DNA of 43,438 nucleotides. Origin: Natronohydrobacter sp. (GTDB lineage: Bacteria > Pseudomonadota > Alphaproteobacteria > Rhodobacterales > Rhodobacteraceae). The notes under the pieces are model-generated. The model saw only the letters and a program-made list of their open reading frames with translations, made no database searches and was not told where the DNA came from. A program made the translations under genes and the position numbers. Shown piece after piece: positions 16,765 through 25,547 of the stretch (positions are counted from its first letter, which is position 1; the number at the start of each line of letters is the position of its first letter). The DNA lies in the NCBI GenBank assembly GCA_007123015.1, contig SKSL01000205.1, positions 1 through 43,438 of the forward strand. Reading direction: 5' to 3'.

Positions 16765-19494
16765 ATGTCCTTCAACATGCTGGTGCTGACCTGTCTGGCC
16801 TATGTGATCGTGCTCTTCGTCGTGGCCTCGGCGGCGGAACGTGCAGCATCGGAAGGGCGCGCAAGCTGGTTGCGCTCTCCCGTGATCTACACGCTCTCGC
16901 TCTCGGTCTATTGCACAGCCTGGACGTTTTACGGCGCTGTGGGATATGCGGCGCGCTCTGGTCTGGAATTCATGACGATCTATCTTGGCCCGACGCTGGT
17001 TTTCCTGGGCTGGTGGGTGACGCTGCGCAAGCTGGTGCGGATCGGGCGGGAAAACCGCGTGACCTCGATCGCGGATCTGATTTCAGCGCGCTACGGCAAG
17101 TCGAACCTTCTTGGTGTGATCGTGACCCTGCTGTGCATCGCCGCAGGCGCGCCCTACATCGCGCTGCAACTGCAGTCGATTTCGCAATCCTTCACAGTTT
17201 TTGTGACTGACCCGAGCGAGGTTGGCCTGACAGCCGATCCGACCCTGATCGCCTTCTGGACCGCCATCGGGCTTGCCTTTTTCACCATCGTTTTTGGCAC
17301 GCGCACGCTGGACGCGAATGAGCAGCATCCCGGTGTCGTGACCGCCATCGCGGTCGAAGCTGTGGTCAAGCTGCTTGCGCTGATCGCAGTCGGCGTGTTC
17401 GTGGTCTGGTTCGTGGCCACAGGGCCTGCGGATATCCTGTCCCGGATCGACGCGCAGGCCCTGCCGGAATGGCATATCCAGCCGGGACGCTGGACCGGAC
17501 TGATCCTGCTTTCGGCCATCGCCATCATCTGCCTGCCGCGCATGTTTCAGGTGACTGTGGTCGAAAACACCAATGACCAGCATCTTGCCACGGCAAGCTG
17601 GGCCTTTCCGCTCTATCTGTTCCTGATCAGCCTGTTCGTCTTGCCCATCGCTGTTGTCGGGCTGGAGCTGATGCCCGCTGGCAGTAACCCGGATATGTTC
17701 GTGCTGACCTTGCCGCTCTATCTGGGGCAGGACGGGCTGGCGCTGTTATCCTTTCTGGGCGGGTTTTCGGCCGCAACTTCGATGGTGATCGTGGCCTCGC
17801 TTGCTCTGGCGACAATGGTCTCCAATCATATTGTCGTGCCGCTCTGGCTGCGAGTGCGGTCTACGCGTAATCTCGATTCAGGGGATATGCGGTTGCTGGT
17901 GCTGTCTGTGCGGCGGCTCTCGATCTCGCTCGTACTGGCCCTGGGCTATTTTTATTACATCATCACGGGCGGGTCCGAGGCGCTCGCAGCCATCGGGCTG
18001 ATCGCCTTTGTGGGCGTGGCGCAGATGCTGCCCGCGCTGATCGGAGCGCTGTTCTGGCGCGGGGCCAGCCGGACCGGGGCGGCGCTGGGGCTGGTCACAG
18101 GCATGGCGCTTTGGGTCTATACGCTCTTCCTGCCCAGTTTCGGCCCGGGTGTGTTCCTGACCGCACAGGTGATGGAGGCCGGACCTTTCGGGATCGCATG
18201 GCTGCGGCCCTATGGCCTGTTCGGTCTGACCGCGCTGGACCCGCTGTTGCACGCGCTGTTCTGGTCGCTGTTTCTGAATGCGCTCGCCTTTTGTCTGGGG
18301 TCATTCCTAAGTTTCCCCAGCCCGATGGAGCGCGTGCAGGGTGCGCTTTTCGTCAATATCTACGAGCGCACAGGCCCCGCGCGCAGCTGGACCCGTCCTG
18401 TCGCCGAAGCCGAGGACCTGCTGCCCATCGCGCAGCGCATCCTGGGCGCCAGCGAGGCGCAGAGTTTCTTTCGCGCGCAGGCCGCCTTGCAGGGCAAACA
18501 GGGGTTCTTGCCCGATATCACCCCGGAATTTCTGGAAGCGCTGGAACTGAAGCTCTCGGGGTCAGTGGGCGCGGCCACAGCGCATGCGATGCTGGCGCAG
18601 AGTGTGGGCACGGCGGTGGTATCGGTCGAGGATCTGATGGCCGTGGCTTCGGAAACAGCGCAGATCATGGAATATTCCGCGCAGCTGGAAGCGAAATCCG
18701 AAGAGCTGACCCGCACGGCGCGTAAATTGCGCGAGGCCAATGAGATGTTGCAGAAACTCTCGGTGCAGAAGGACGCGTTTCTGAGCCAGATCAGCCATGA
18801 ATTGCGCACGCCCATGACTTCAATCCGGGCCTTTTCCGAGATCATGATGGACACGGATGCGATGTCACCCGAGGAGCGCACGCATTTCGCCCAGATCATC
18901 CATGATGAGTCGATCCGCTTGACGCGGCTTCTGGACGATCTGCTGGATCTGAGCGTGCTGGAACACGGGCAGGTGCAATTGAATGTCGCGCCAGTCGTGC
19001 TGCGCGAATTGATCGACAAGGCAGTCCGTGCGTCGAATTCAGTGCAGGCGGATCGCAAGTTTCGCATCCTGCGCGACCGTGACCCAGAGGCGCTTGAAAT
19101 CGTCACGGATGCCGGCCGTTTGACGCAGGTGTTCATCAATGTGCTGTCCAATGCGCGCAAATACTGCATGTCGGACGATCCGCAGATGCAGATCAAGGTC
19201 CGCCAGCGCAAAGGCATGGTCGAGGTCGATTTCATCGACAATGGAACTGGCATCCCGCGCGACAAGCAGGCGCTGATCTTCGAGAAATTCTCGCGCCTGA
19301 CCGATGAGATGCAGGCCGGGGGGGCCGGATTGGGTTTGGCGATTTGCCGCGAGATCATGCATAATCTGGGCGGTGATATTGCCTATGTGCCCGGGCAGGG
19401 TGGGGCTGCGTTCCGTGTCAGCTTCCCGCTGGTGCTGCAGCCGCGCGAGTCACAGTCGAAACCGGCGGAAGAGCAAACGGAAGCCGCAGAATAG
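16765..19494 (+). CDS. Sodium:solute symporter (SLC5)-fused sensor histidine kinase (CrbS/CbrA-like, no PAS or REC)
   Basis: ~520 aa SLC5-like membrane domain (YTLSLSVYCTAWTFYG, TSIADLISARYGKS, GGFSAATSM), STAC-like linker, H-box SHELRTP (His678), N box NVLSNA, G1 DNGTG, G2 GAGLGLAI. Confidence 0.92.
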   Translation: MSFNMLVLTCLAYVIVLFVVASAAERAASEGRASWLRSPVIYTLSLSVYCTAWTFYGAVGYAARSGLEFMTIYLGPTLVFLGWWVTLRKLVRIGRENRVTSIADLISARYGKSNLLGVIVTLLCIAAGAPYIALQLQSISQSFTVFVTDPSEVGLTADPTLIAFWTAIGLAFFTIVFGTRTLDANEQHPGVVTAIAVEAVVKLLALIAVGVFVVWFVATGPADILSRIDAQALPEWHIQPGRWTGLILLSAIAIICLPRMFQVTVVENTNDQHLATASWAFPLYLFLISLFVLPIAVVGLELMPAGSNPDMFVLTLPLYLGQDGLALLSFLGGFSAATSMVIVASLALATMVSNHIVVPLWLRVRSTRNLDSGDMRLLVLSVRRLSISLVLALGYFYYIITGGSEALAAIGLIAFVGVAQMLPALIGALFWRGASRTGAALGLVTGMALWVYTLFLPSFGPGVFLTAQVMEAGPFGIAWLRPYGLFGLTALDPLLHALFWSLFLNALAFCLGSFLSFPSPMERVQGALFVNIYERTGPARSWTRPVAEAEDLLPIAQRILGASEAQSFFRAQAALQGKQGFLPDITPEFLEALELKLSGSVGAATAHAMLAQSVGTAVVSVEDLMAVASETAQIMEYSAQLEAKSEELTRTARKLREANEMLQKLSVQKDAFLSQISHELRTPMTSIRAFSEIMMDTDAMSPEERTHFAQIIHDESIRLTRLLDDLLDLSVLEHGQVQLNVAPVVLRELIDKAVRASNSVQADRKFRILRDRDPEALEIVTDAGRLTQVFINVLSNARKYCMSDDPQMQIKVRQRKGMVEVDFIDNGTGIPRDKQALIFEKFSRLTDEMQAGGAGLGLAICREIMHNLGGDIAYVPGQGGAAFRVSFPLVLQPRESQSKPAEEQTEAAE

Positions 19495-19548
19495 CGCCTG
19501 TGCTGCCCGGTTTTTCAGCGATTGAGGGAAATTTCTCAGCTACAAAAT

Positions 19549-19564
19549 TTTACTAATTGATAAA
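19549..19564. promoter_or_regulatory. Degenerate RutR/PydR-type operator upstream of preT
   Basis: TTTACTAATTGATAAA matches 10/14 defined positions of TTGACCAnnTGGTCAA; in an AT-rich promoter region. Confidence 0.55.
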
Positions 19565-19622
19565 AAATAAAAGGCGTGGTTTTCTGATCGTGATAAGAGC
19601 CAGTCATCAAAGGGCCAGCCAG

Positions 19623-20966
19623 ATGTCCAACAGTCCGACCACGTCCGGTATCGTCGCAGGTCGCCTTCACGCAGGCGATTATGCGCGTCATTTCGACGAT
19701 CTCTACCCTGATTATGATCCGCATGAAGCCATGGTGGCTGCAGATCGCTGTTACTTTTGCCATGATGCGCCCTGCATCACGGCCTGCCCGACCGCCATCG
19801 ACATTCCGCTCTTCATCCGTCAGATTCAGGCAGGTCAGCCCGAAGCAGCAGGCAAAACGATTTTCGACCAGAATATCCTCGGCGGTATGTGCGCCCGCGT
19901 CTGCCCGACCGAGACGCTTTGTGAAGGGGCCTGCGTGCGCGAGGCGGCCGAAGGCAAGCCGGTCGAGATCGGGCGCTTGCAGCGTTACGCGACCGACAAG
20001 CTGATCGCAAAGAATGCGCACCCGTTCACGCGGGCCGCGCCCACGGGCAAGCGTGTGGCGGTGGTGGGGGCCGGGCCTGCCGGGCTTGCCTGTGCGCACA
20101 GGCTTGCGCTGCATGGCCATGATGTGACGATCCTTGAGGCGCGTGAAAAGCCCGGAGGCCTGAACGAATACGGGATTGCGGCCTACAAGACGGCACATGA
20201 TTTCGCGCGGGCCGAAGTGGACTGGATCCTGCAGATCGGCGGGATCAGTTTGCAGCAGGGCTGGAAACTGGGTGTGGATGGCACGCTGGCAGATTTGCAG
20301 GCCGGGTTTGACGCCGTCTTCCTCGGGATCGGTCTTGCCGGGGTCAATGCGCTGGGCGTTGCGGGCGAGGATGCGCCGGGCGCGCGCGATGCGGTCGATT
20401 TCATTGCCGAGTTGCGCCAGACGGATGATCTGTCCACGCTGCCCATCGGGCGGCATGTGGTGGTGATCGGGGGCGGCATGACAGCGGTCGATGCCTCGGT
20501 GCAATCGAAGCTCTTGGGGGCCGAGCATGTGACGATGGTTTACCGTCGTGGGCGTGATCAGATGGGCGCGTCGGACTATGAGTTGCGCCACGCGGCCAAT
20601 GAAGGGGTGAAGATCATCACCAATGCGATGCCGGTGGCCGTGCATGCCAATGGCGCGCTGCGGGAAGTGGAATTCGCCTATACCCATCAGGGGCCGACGG
20701 GTCTGGAGCCCACGGGCGAGACCTTCCGGCTCAAAGCCGATCAGGTCTTCAAGGCCATCGGGCAGATGCTGGAGGGCGTGCCGGAAGGGATCGCGCTGGA
20801 CGGTCGCAAGCTGGCCGTGGACGCAGAGGGGCGGACAGCGCTGCCCGGTGTCTGGGCCGGGGGCGATTGCACGGGTGGGGGCGAGGATCTGACGGTCACA
20901 GCCGTCGCGCAGGGGCGCGATGCGGCAGAGAACATCCATGCAGCATTGATGGGGGAAGGTGCGTGA
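19623..20966 (+). CDS. preT: NAD-dependent dihydropyrimidine dehydrogenase subunit PreT (PydX)
   Basis: GltD-like: RCYFCHDAPCITACP, CARVCP...CEGAC, GAGPAG, IGGGMTAVD; upstream of preA. Confidence 0.9.
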   Translation: MSNSPTTSGIVAGRLHAGDYARHFDDLYPDYDPHEAMVAADRCYFCHDAPCITACPTAIDIPLFIRQIQAGQPEAAGKTIFDQNILGGMCARVCPTETLCEGACVREAAEGKPVEIGRLQRYATDKLIAKNAHPFTRAAPTGKRVAVVGAGPAGLACAHRLALHGHDVTILEAREKPGGLNEYGIAAYKTAHDFARAEVDWILQIGGISLQQGWKLGVDGTLADLQAGFDAVFLGIGLAGVNALGVAGEDAPGARDAVDFIAELRQTDDLSTLPIGRHVVVIGGGMTAVDASVQSKLLGAEHVTMVYRRGRDQMGASDYELRHAANEGVKIITNAMPVAVHANGALREVEFAYTHQGPTGLEPTGETFRLKADQVFKAIGQMLEGVPEGIALDGRKLAVDAEGRTALPGVWAGGDCTGGGEDLTVTAVAQGRDAAENIHAALMGEGA

Positions 20967-20982
20967 CAAGCACGCACCCTAC
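20958..20982 (-). repeat. GTAG-family REP, copy A (contains the preT stop codon)
   Basis: Minus strand GTAG-GGTGCGTG-CTTGT-CACGCACC. Confidence 0.8.
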
Positions 20983-20994
20983 GGAGTGAGCATA

Positions 20995-22296
20995 ATGGCA
21001 AATCTGACGACGAATTTCATCGGCATCAAATCCCCCAACCCCTATTGGCTGGCCTCTGCCCCGCCGACCGACAAGGAATACAATGTCGTGCGCGCCTTCA
21101 AGGCAGGCTGGGGCGGGGTGGTCTGGAAGACGCTGGGCGCTGAAGGCCCGCCCATCGTCAATGTGAACGGCCCGCGCTATGGTGCGGTCTGGGGCGCGGA
21201 CCGGCGGCTGCTTGGGCTGAACAATATCGAGCTGATCACCGACCGCCCGCTGGAGGTGAACCTGCGCGAGATCAAGCAGGTAAAGCGCGATTGGCCCGAC
21301 CGGGCGATGGTGGTCAGCCTGATGGTGCCCTGCGACGAGGAGTCGTGGAAAGCGATCCTGAAACATGTCGAGGATACTGAAGCCGACGGGGTCGAGCTGA
21401 ATTTCGGTTGTCCGCATGGGATGAGTGAGCGTGGCATGGGCTCGGCTGTGGGGCAGGTGCCGGAATATATCGAGATGGTCACGCGTTGGGTGAAGCAGCA
21501 TTCGCGCATGCCCTGCATCGTGAAGCTGACGCCGAATATTGCCGATATCCGCAAACCGGCTGAGGCCGCGAAGCGAGGCGGCGCGGATGCCGTCAGTCTG
21601 ATCAATACGATCAATTCGATCACCAGCGTGAATCTGGATACCTTTAGCCCAGAGCCGATGATCGACGGCAAGGGTGCCCATGGCGGCTATTGCGGCCCGG
21701 CTGTGAAGCCGATTGCGCTGAACATGGTTTCGGAAATCGCGCGCTCGCCTGAAACGCAGGGCCTGCCGATCAGCGGGATCGGGGGCGTGACGACCTGGCG
21801 CGATGCAGCGGAATTCCTGGCGCTTGGTGCAGGGAACGTGCAGGTCTGCACAGCGGCCATGACCTACGGGTTCGGGATCATCAAGGAACTGACAGCGGGT
21901 CTGTCGCAATACATGGACGAGAAGGGCTTTACATCAGTTGATGATCTGGTGGGCCGCGCGGTTCCGAATGTTACCGACTGGCAGTATCTGAACCTGAATT
22001 ACGTCACCAAGGCCCGGATCAATCAGGATCTGTGTATTTCCTGCGGGCGCTGTTATGCGGCCTGCGAGGATACCTCGCATCAGGCGATTTCCATGTCGCC
22101 GGATCGCAAGTTCGAGGTGATTGACGAGGAATGCGTCGCCTGCAATCTGTGCGTGAATGTCTGCCCGGTTCAGGATTGCATCACCATGGAGCCGATGGTC
22201 AAGGGCAGCACTGATCCGCGCACCGGCGAAACCGTCAGCGATTATGCTAACTGGACCACACATCCCAACAACCCGATGGCCAAGGCCGCCGAGTAG
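20995..22296 (+). CDS. preA: Dihydropyrimidine dehydrogenase subunit PreA (PydA)
   Basis: NPYWLASAPPT, ELNFGCPHGM, KLTPN, two C-terminal 4Fe-4S motifs CISCGRCYAAC and CVACNLCVNVCP. Confidence 0.95.
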   Translation: MANLTTNFIGIKSPNPYWLASAPPTDKEYNVVRAFKAGWGGVVWKTLGAEGPPIVNVNGPRYGAVWGADRRLLGLNNIELITDRPLEVNLREIKQVKRDWPDRAMVVSLMVPCDEESWKAILKHVEDTEADGVELNFGCPHGMSERGMGSAVGQVPEYIEMVTRWVKQHSRMPCIVKLTPNIADIRKPAEAAKRGGADAVSLINTINSITSVNLDTFSPEPMIDGKGAHGGYCGPAVKPIALNMVSEIARSPETQGLPISGIGGVTTWRDAAEFLALGAGNVQVCTAAMTYGFGIIKELTAGLSQYMDEKGFTSVDDLVGRAVPNVTDWQYLNLNYVTKARINQDLCISCGRCYAACEDTSHQAISMSPDRKFEVIDEECVACNLCVNVCPVQDCITMEPMVKGSTDPRTGETVSDYANWTTHPNNPMAKAAE

Positions 22297-22893
22297 TCAC
22301 GGGGCCAGCAGACGGGCGTAGAGGTGGTTCAGAAATCCCTCTGCGCCTTCGAGCGGGTCGTGGTCATCGCCTCGGATCATGCCGATCTGGGCTGCGAAAT
22401 CTGCATAATGCTGGGTCAGTGCCCAGATCGAGAAGATCAGATGATAGGGATCGACCGGGGCAATCCGCCCTGCGTCGATCCAGCCCTGCAAGAGTTGCAC
22501 CTTGTCCTCGACCAGCAGGCGCAGATCGTTGCGGATGAAACTCTCGATGCGCGGGGCACCTTGCAGGATTTCATTGGCAAAGAGGCGGCTCTCGCGCGGA
22601 TAGGCGCGGGCCATATCGAGCTTGCGGCGCATGTAGCCGAGAATCTCGTCGCGCGGCACGCCATCGGGGTCGATCATGCGCAGCGGCGCAAGCCAGGTGT
22701 CGAGCAGATCCGTCAGAAGTGCTGCGTGGATCGCTTCCTTGCTGTCGAAATAATAGAGCAGATTGGGTTTCGACAGTCCGGCTTCTGTCGCGATCTGATC
22801 CAGCGTCGCACCGCGAAAGCCGTGATTCGAAAACACTTCGAGCGCCGCTTCAAAGATGCGCTTGCGATTCGCTCTCTGGATACGGGTATTCAT
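22297..22893 (-). CDS. rutR: TetR-family pyrimidine regulator RutR/PydR
   Basis: TRIQRANRKRI...GLSKPNLLYYF HTH; PRESRLFANEI and IWALTQHYADF RutR C-terminal motifs; located in pyrimidine locus. Confidence 0.88.
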   Translation of the reverse strand: MNTRIQRANRKRIFEAALEVFSNHGFRGATLDQIATEAGLSKPNLLYYFDSKEAIHAALLTDLLDTWLAPLRMIDPDGVPRDEILGYMRRKLDMARAYPRESRLFANEILQGAPRIESFIRNDLRLLVEDKVQLLQGWIDAGRIAPVDPYHLIFSIWALTQHYADFAAQIGMIRGDDHDPLEGAEGFLNHLYARLLAP

Positions 22894-23052
22894 CGCGGCC
22901 CTTCGCCTGCTCTGCCATCCTGTCCCCATATCGCTGCAAGGCGCAGGGCGGTCAAGCGCGCTGCTCCGCAAGTTGTGAAGCAAGCTCTGCTGGGATGGCC
23001 CGGCAGAGCGGGCTAGGTATAAATGGGTTCAAGGATGAGAGGACGCGCAAAG

Positions 23053-24102
23053 ATGACGCAACGCGCTGGATCAACGCGCCCTGTGGTCCCGCTGTCGCGG
23101 CGCAAGCTCATGGTGGGGGGTGCAGCGGCAGTGGGTTTCAAGGCGCTCGGGCCGGGGTCCGTGACGGCAGGCGGGCTCTGGGACAGCGCCGTGCAGAGAG
23201 CGGGAGCCCTTGAGCAGTTGCGCGCGTTGGTCATCGCGAAAGATGGCGAGATCGTTTTCGCCGAGGCGTTTCGCGGTCCGGCCCTGACCCGCGCAGTGAA
23301 TGTCAAATCTGTGTCCAAGACCATCGTGGCCGCTGTCACCGGTGCGGCCATCGACCGGGGCACTGTGCCGGGGATCACGGCGACCTTGGGCGAGGTGGCA
23401 CCTGATCTGATCCCCACCAGTGCCGATCCGCGGGTGGCCGGGCTGACGCTCGAGCATCTGGTGACGATGCAGGCGGGACTTGAGCGCACATCGGGCGCGA
23501 ATTACGGGCCTTGGGTGGCCAGCCGCAACTGGGTCACTGACGCATTGTCGCGGCCGTTCGTGGCCGAACCGGGGCGCGGGATGCTCTACTCAACCGGCAG
23601 CTTTCACATTCTGGGGGCTGCGCTCAGTCGCGCGACAGGTGAAAGCCTGCTGTCGCTCACCCGCACCTGGCTGGGCCAGCCCTTGGGCATGGATGTGCCC
23701 GCATGGACGCGCGATCCGCAAGGGTTTTTTCTGGGTGGCAATGAAATGGCCTTCGCACCGCTGGATCTGATCCGCTTTGCCGAAATGACCCGGCTGGGCG
23801 GGACCTGGCAGGATCGGCGCGTGTTGAGCAAAGACTGGCTGCGCGCAGCAGCAGAGCCGCGCACGCGGTCGAATTTCTCGGGTCTGGCCTATGGTTATGG
23901 CTGGTTTCTGGGGCAGGCAGACCGCACCGATTATCTGATGGCGCGGGGCTTTGGCGGGCAGGTGGTCGTCGTCGCGCCCGAGCGGGGATTGAGCTTAGTG
24001 ATCACTTCTGATCCGACGCGCCCGGCGCGCAGTGATGGTCATTTCGGCGATCTGCGCCGCCTGATCGAGCATGATCTTCTGCCCGCCGCGCGGGCAGTCT
24101 GA
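23053..24102 (+). CDS. Serine hydrolase, beta-lactamase/AmpC-like fold, probably Tat-exported
   Basis: SRRKLM twin-Arg signal; SxxK (SVSK), LVTMQAGL, YST, YGYGW, ARGFGGQ. Confidence 0.85.
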   Translation: MTQRAGSTRPVVPLSRRKLMVGGAAAVGFKALGPGSVTAGGLWDSAVQRAGALEQLRALVIAKDGEIVFAEAFRGPALTRAVNVKSVSKTIVAAVTGAAIDRGTVPGITATLGEVAPDLIPTSADPRVAGLTLEHLVTMQAGLERTSGANYGPWVASRNWVTDALSRPFVAEPGRGMLYSTGSFHILGAALSRATGESLLSLTRTWLGQPLGMDVPAWTRDPQGFFLGGNEMAFAPLDLIRFAEMTRLGGTWQDRRVLSKDWLRAAAEPRTRSNFSGLAYGYGWFLGQADRTDYLMARGFGGQVVVVAPERGLSLVITSDPTRPARSDGHFGDLRRLIEHDLLPAARAV

Positions 24103-24155
24103 CCCGGACAGGATCGGATTTCAGGGCTGATCTGCGCTGGCGGTCCAAATCGCTG

Positions 24156-24204
24156 TTGACCACCTGCAACAGGTGTGTAGCTTCATGTTTGACCAGTTGG
24201 TCAA
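24156..24204 (+). promoter_or_regulatory. Promoter and RutR operator of the ureidopropionase-hydA-ABC operon
   Basis: TTGACC-16 nt-TAGCTT (24156-24183), then a perfect RutR box TTGACCAGTTGGTCAA (24189-24204) over the expected start site. Confidence 0.85.
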
Positions 24205-24232
24205 GACCACAAGATCCAACCGGGAGGGCCAT

Positions 24233-25486
24233 GTGACAGCGCGTGCAGAGAATATGCGGATCGACGGCCAACGGCTGTGGGACAGCCTGATGGAGATGGC
24301 GCAGATCGGGCCCGGCATCGCAGGCGGGAACAATCGCCAGACCCTGACGGATGAGGATGGCGAGGCCCGCCATCTGTTCCAGCGCTGGTGCATTGACGCT
24401 GGCGGCTCCATGGGCGTTGACGAGATGGGCACCATGTTTGCGCGTTTTGAAGGAACCGATTCGGATGCGCTGCCGGTGTATGTCGGCAGCCACCTCGATA
24501 CGCAACCCACGGGCGGCAAATATGATGGGGTGCTTGGGGTTCTGGCCGGGTTGGAAGTGGTCCGCTCGATCCAGGATCTGGGAATAAAGACGCGCCGCCC
24601 GATTGTGGTAACGAACTGGACCAATGAGGAAGGCACGCGGTTTGCGCCCGCGATGCTCGGCTCGGGTGTGTTTGCGGGGGTGCTGGATCGCGATTGGGCG
24701 TATGACCGCGTCGATGCTGCGGGCACGCGGCTGGGCGACGAACTGGAGCGGATCGGCTGGAAGGGCGAAGAGCCCGTGGGCAGCCGCAAGATGCATGCCT
24801 TTCTGGAACTGCATATCGAACAGGGCCCGATCCTGGAAGCCGAGGGCAAGGATATCGGTGTCGTCACCCATGGGCAGGGCCTGCGCTGGATCGAATGTAC
24901 AGTGACCGGCAAGGGCCAGCATACCGGGTCAACGCCGATGTATCTGCGCCGCAATGCAGGGCGTGGGTTGGCGCGGGTGACGGAACTGGTACATGAGATT
25001 GCGATGACGCGCCAGCCCGATGCAGTGGGCGCGATCGGCCATATTGACGTGTATCCGAACAGCCGTAACATCATCCCGGAGAAGGTTGTTTTCACAGTCG
25101 ATTTCCGCTCGCACAAGCTGGATGTGCTGCTATCGATGGTCGAAGAATTCAACGCCCGTGCGCCGGGAATTTGCGCCGATATCGGGGTGAAATTCAGTGG
25201 CCATGTGGTGGGGCAATTTGACCCGCCCGCTTTTGACGAAACCCTGCTGGGGCGTATCCGTGACGCGGCGGACCGGCTGGGCTATAGCCATATGGATATT
25301 GTTTCGGGCGCGGGGCATGATGCCTGCTGGCTCAACCGGCTCTATCCGACGGCGATGATCATGTGTCCTTGTGTGGATGGGCTTTCGCATAACGAGGCAG
25401 AAGAAATCAGCCCGTATTGGGCGGAAGCCGGGGCGAATGTGCTGTTGCATGCGGTGCTGGAAACGGCAGAGGTGGTGCGTGCCTGA
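24233..25486 (+). CDS. pydC: Zn-dependent beta-ureidopropionase / N-carbamoyl-amino acid amidohydrolase (M20)
   Basis: GTG after GGGAGG; GSHLDTQPTGGKYDG, WTNEEG, ELHIEQG, SGAGHDA, SHNEAE. Confidence 0.88.
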   Translation: MTARAENMRIDGQRLWDSLMEMAQIGPGIAGGNNRQTLTDEDGEARHLFQRWCIDAGGSMGVDEMGTMFARFEGTDSDALPVYVGSHLDTQPTGGKYDGVLGVLAGLEVVRSIQDLGIKTRRPIVVTNWTNEEGTRFAPAMLGSGVFAGVLDRDWAYDRVDAAGTRLGDELERIGWKGEEPVGSRKMHAFLELHIEQGPILEAEGKDIGVVTHGQGLRWIECTVTGKGQHTGSTPMYLRRNAGRGLARVTELVHEIAMTRQPDAVGAIGHIDVYPNSRNIIPEKVVFTVDFRSHKLDVLLSMVEEFNARAPGICADIGVKFSGHVVGQFDPPAFDETLLGRIRDAADRLGYSHMDIVSGAGHDACWLNRLYPTAMIMCPCVDGLSHNEAEEISPYWAEAGANVLLHAVLETAEVVRA

Positions 25487-25499
25487 GCACGCACCCTAC
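25474..25499 (-). repeat. GTAG-family REP, copy B (pydC stop codon in the loop)
   Basis: Minus strand GTAG-GGTGCGTGC-TCAG-GCACGCACC. Confidence 0.8.
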
Positions 25500-25547
25500 A
25501 AAAATAGCAGCCCTGCGCGGCTGAAGACAGGAACGGGGAGTAGCATC

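Noticed and set aside
23053-24102. Antibiotic-resistance beta-lactamase
   Set aside because: Fold family only; YST and ARG replace the YxN and KTG motifs of class C enzymes
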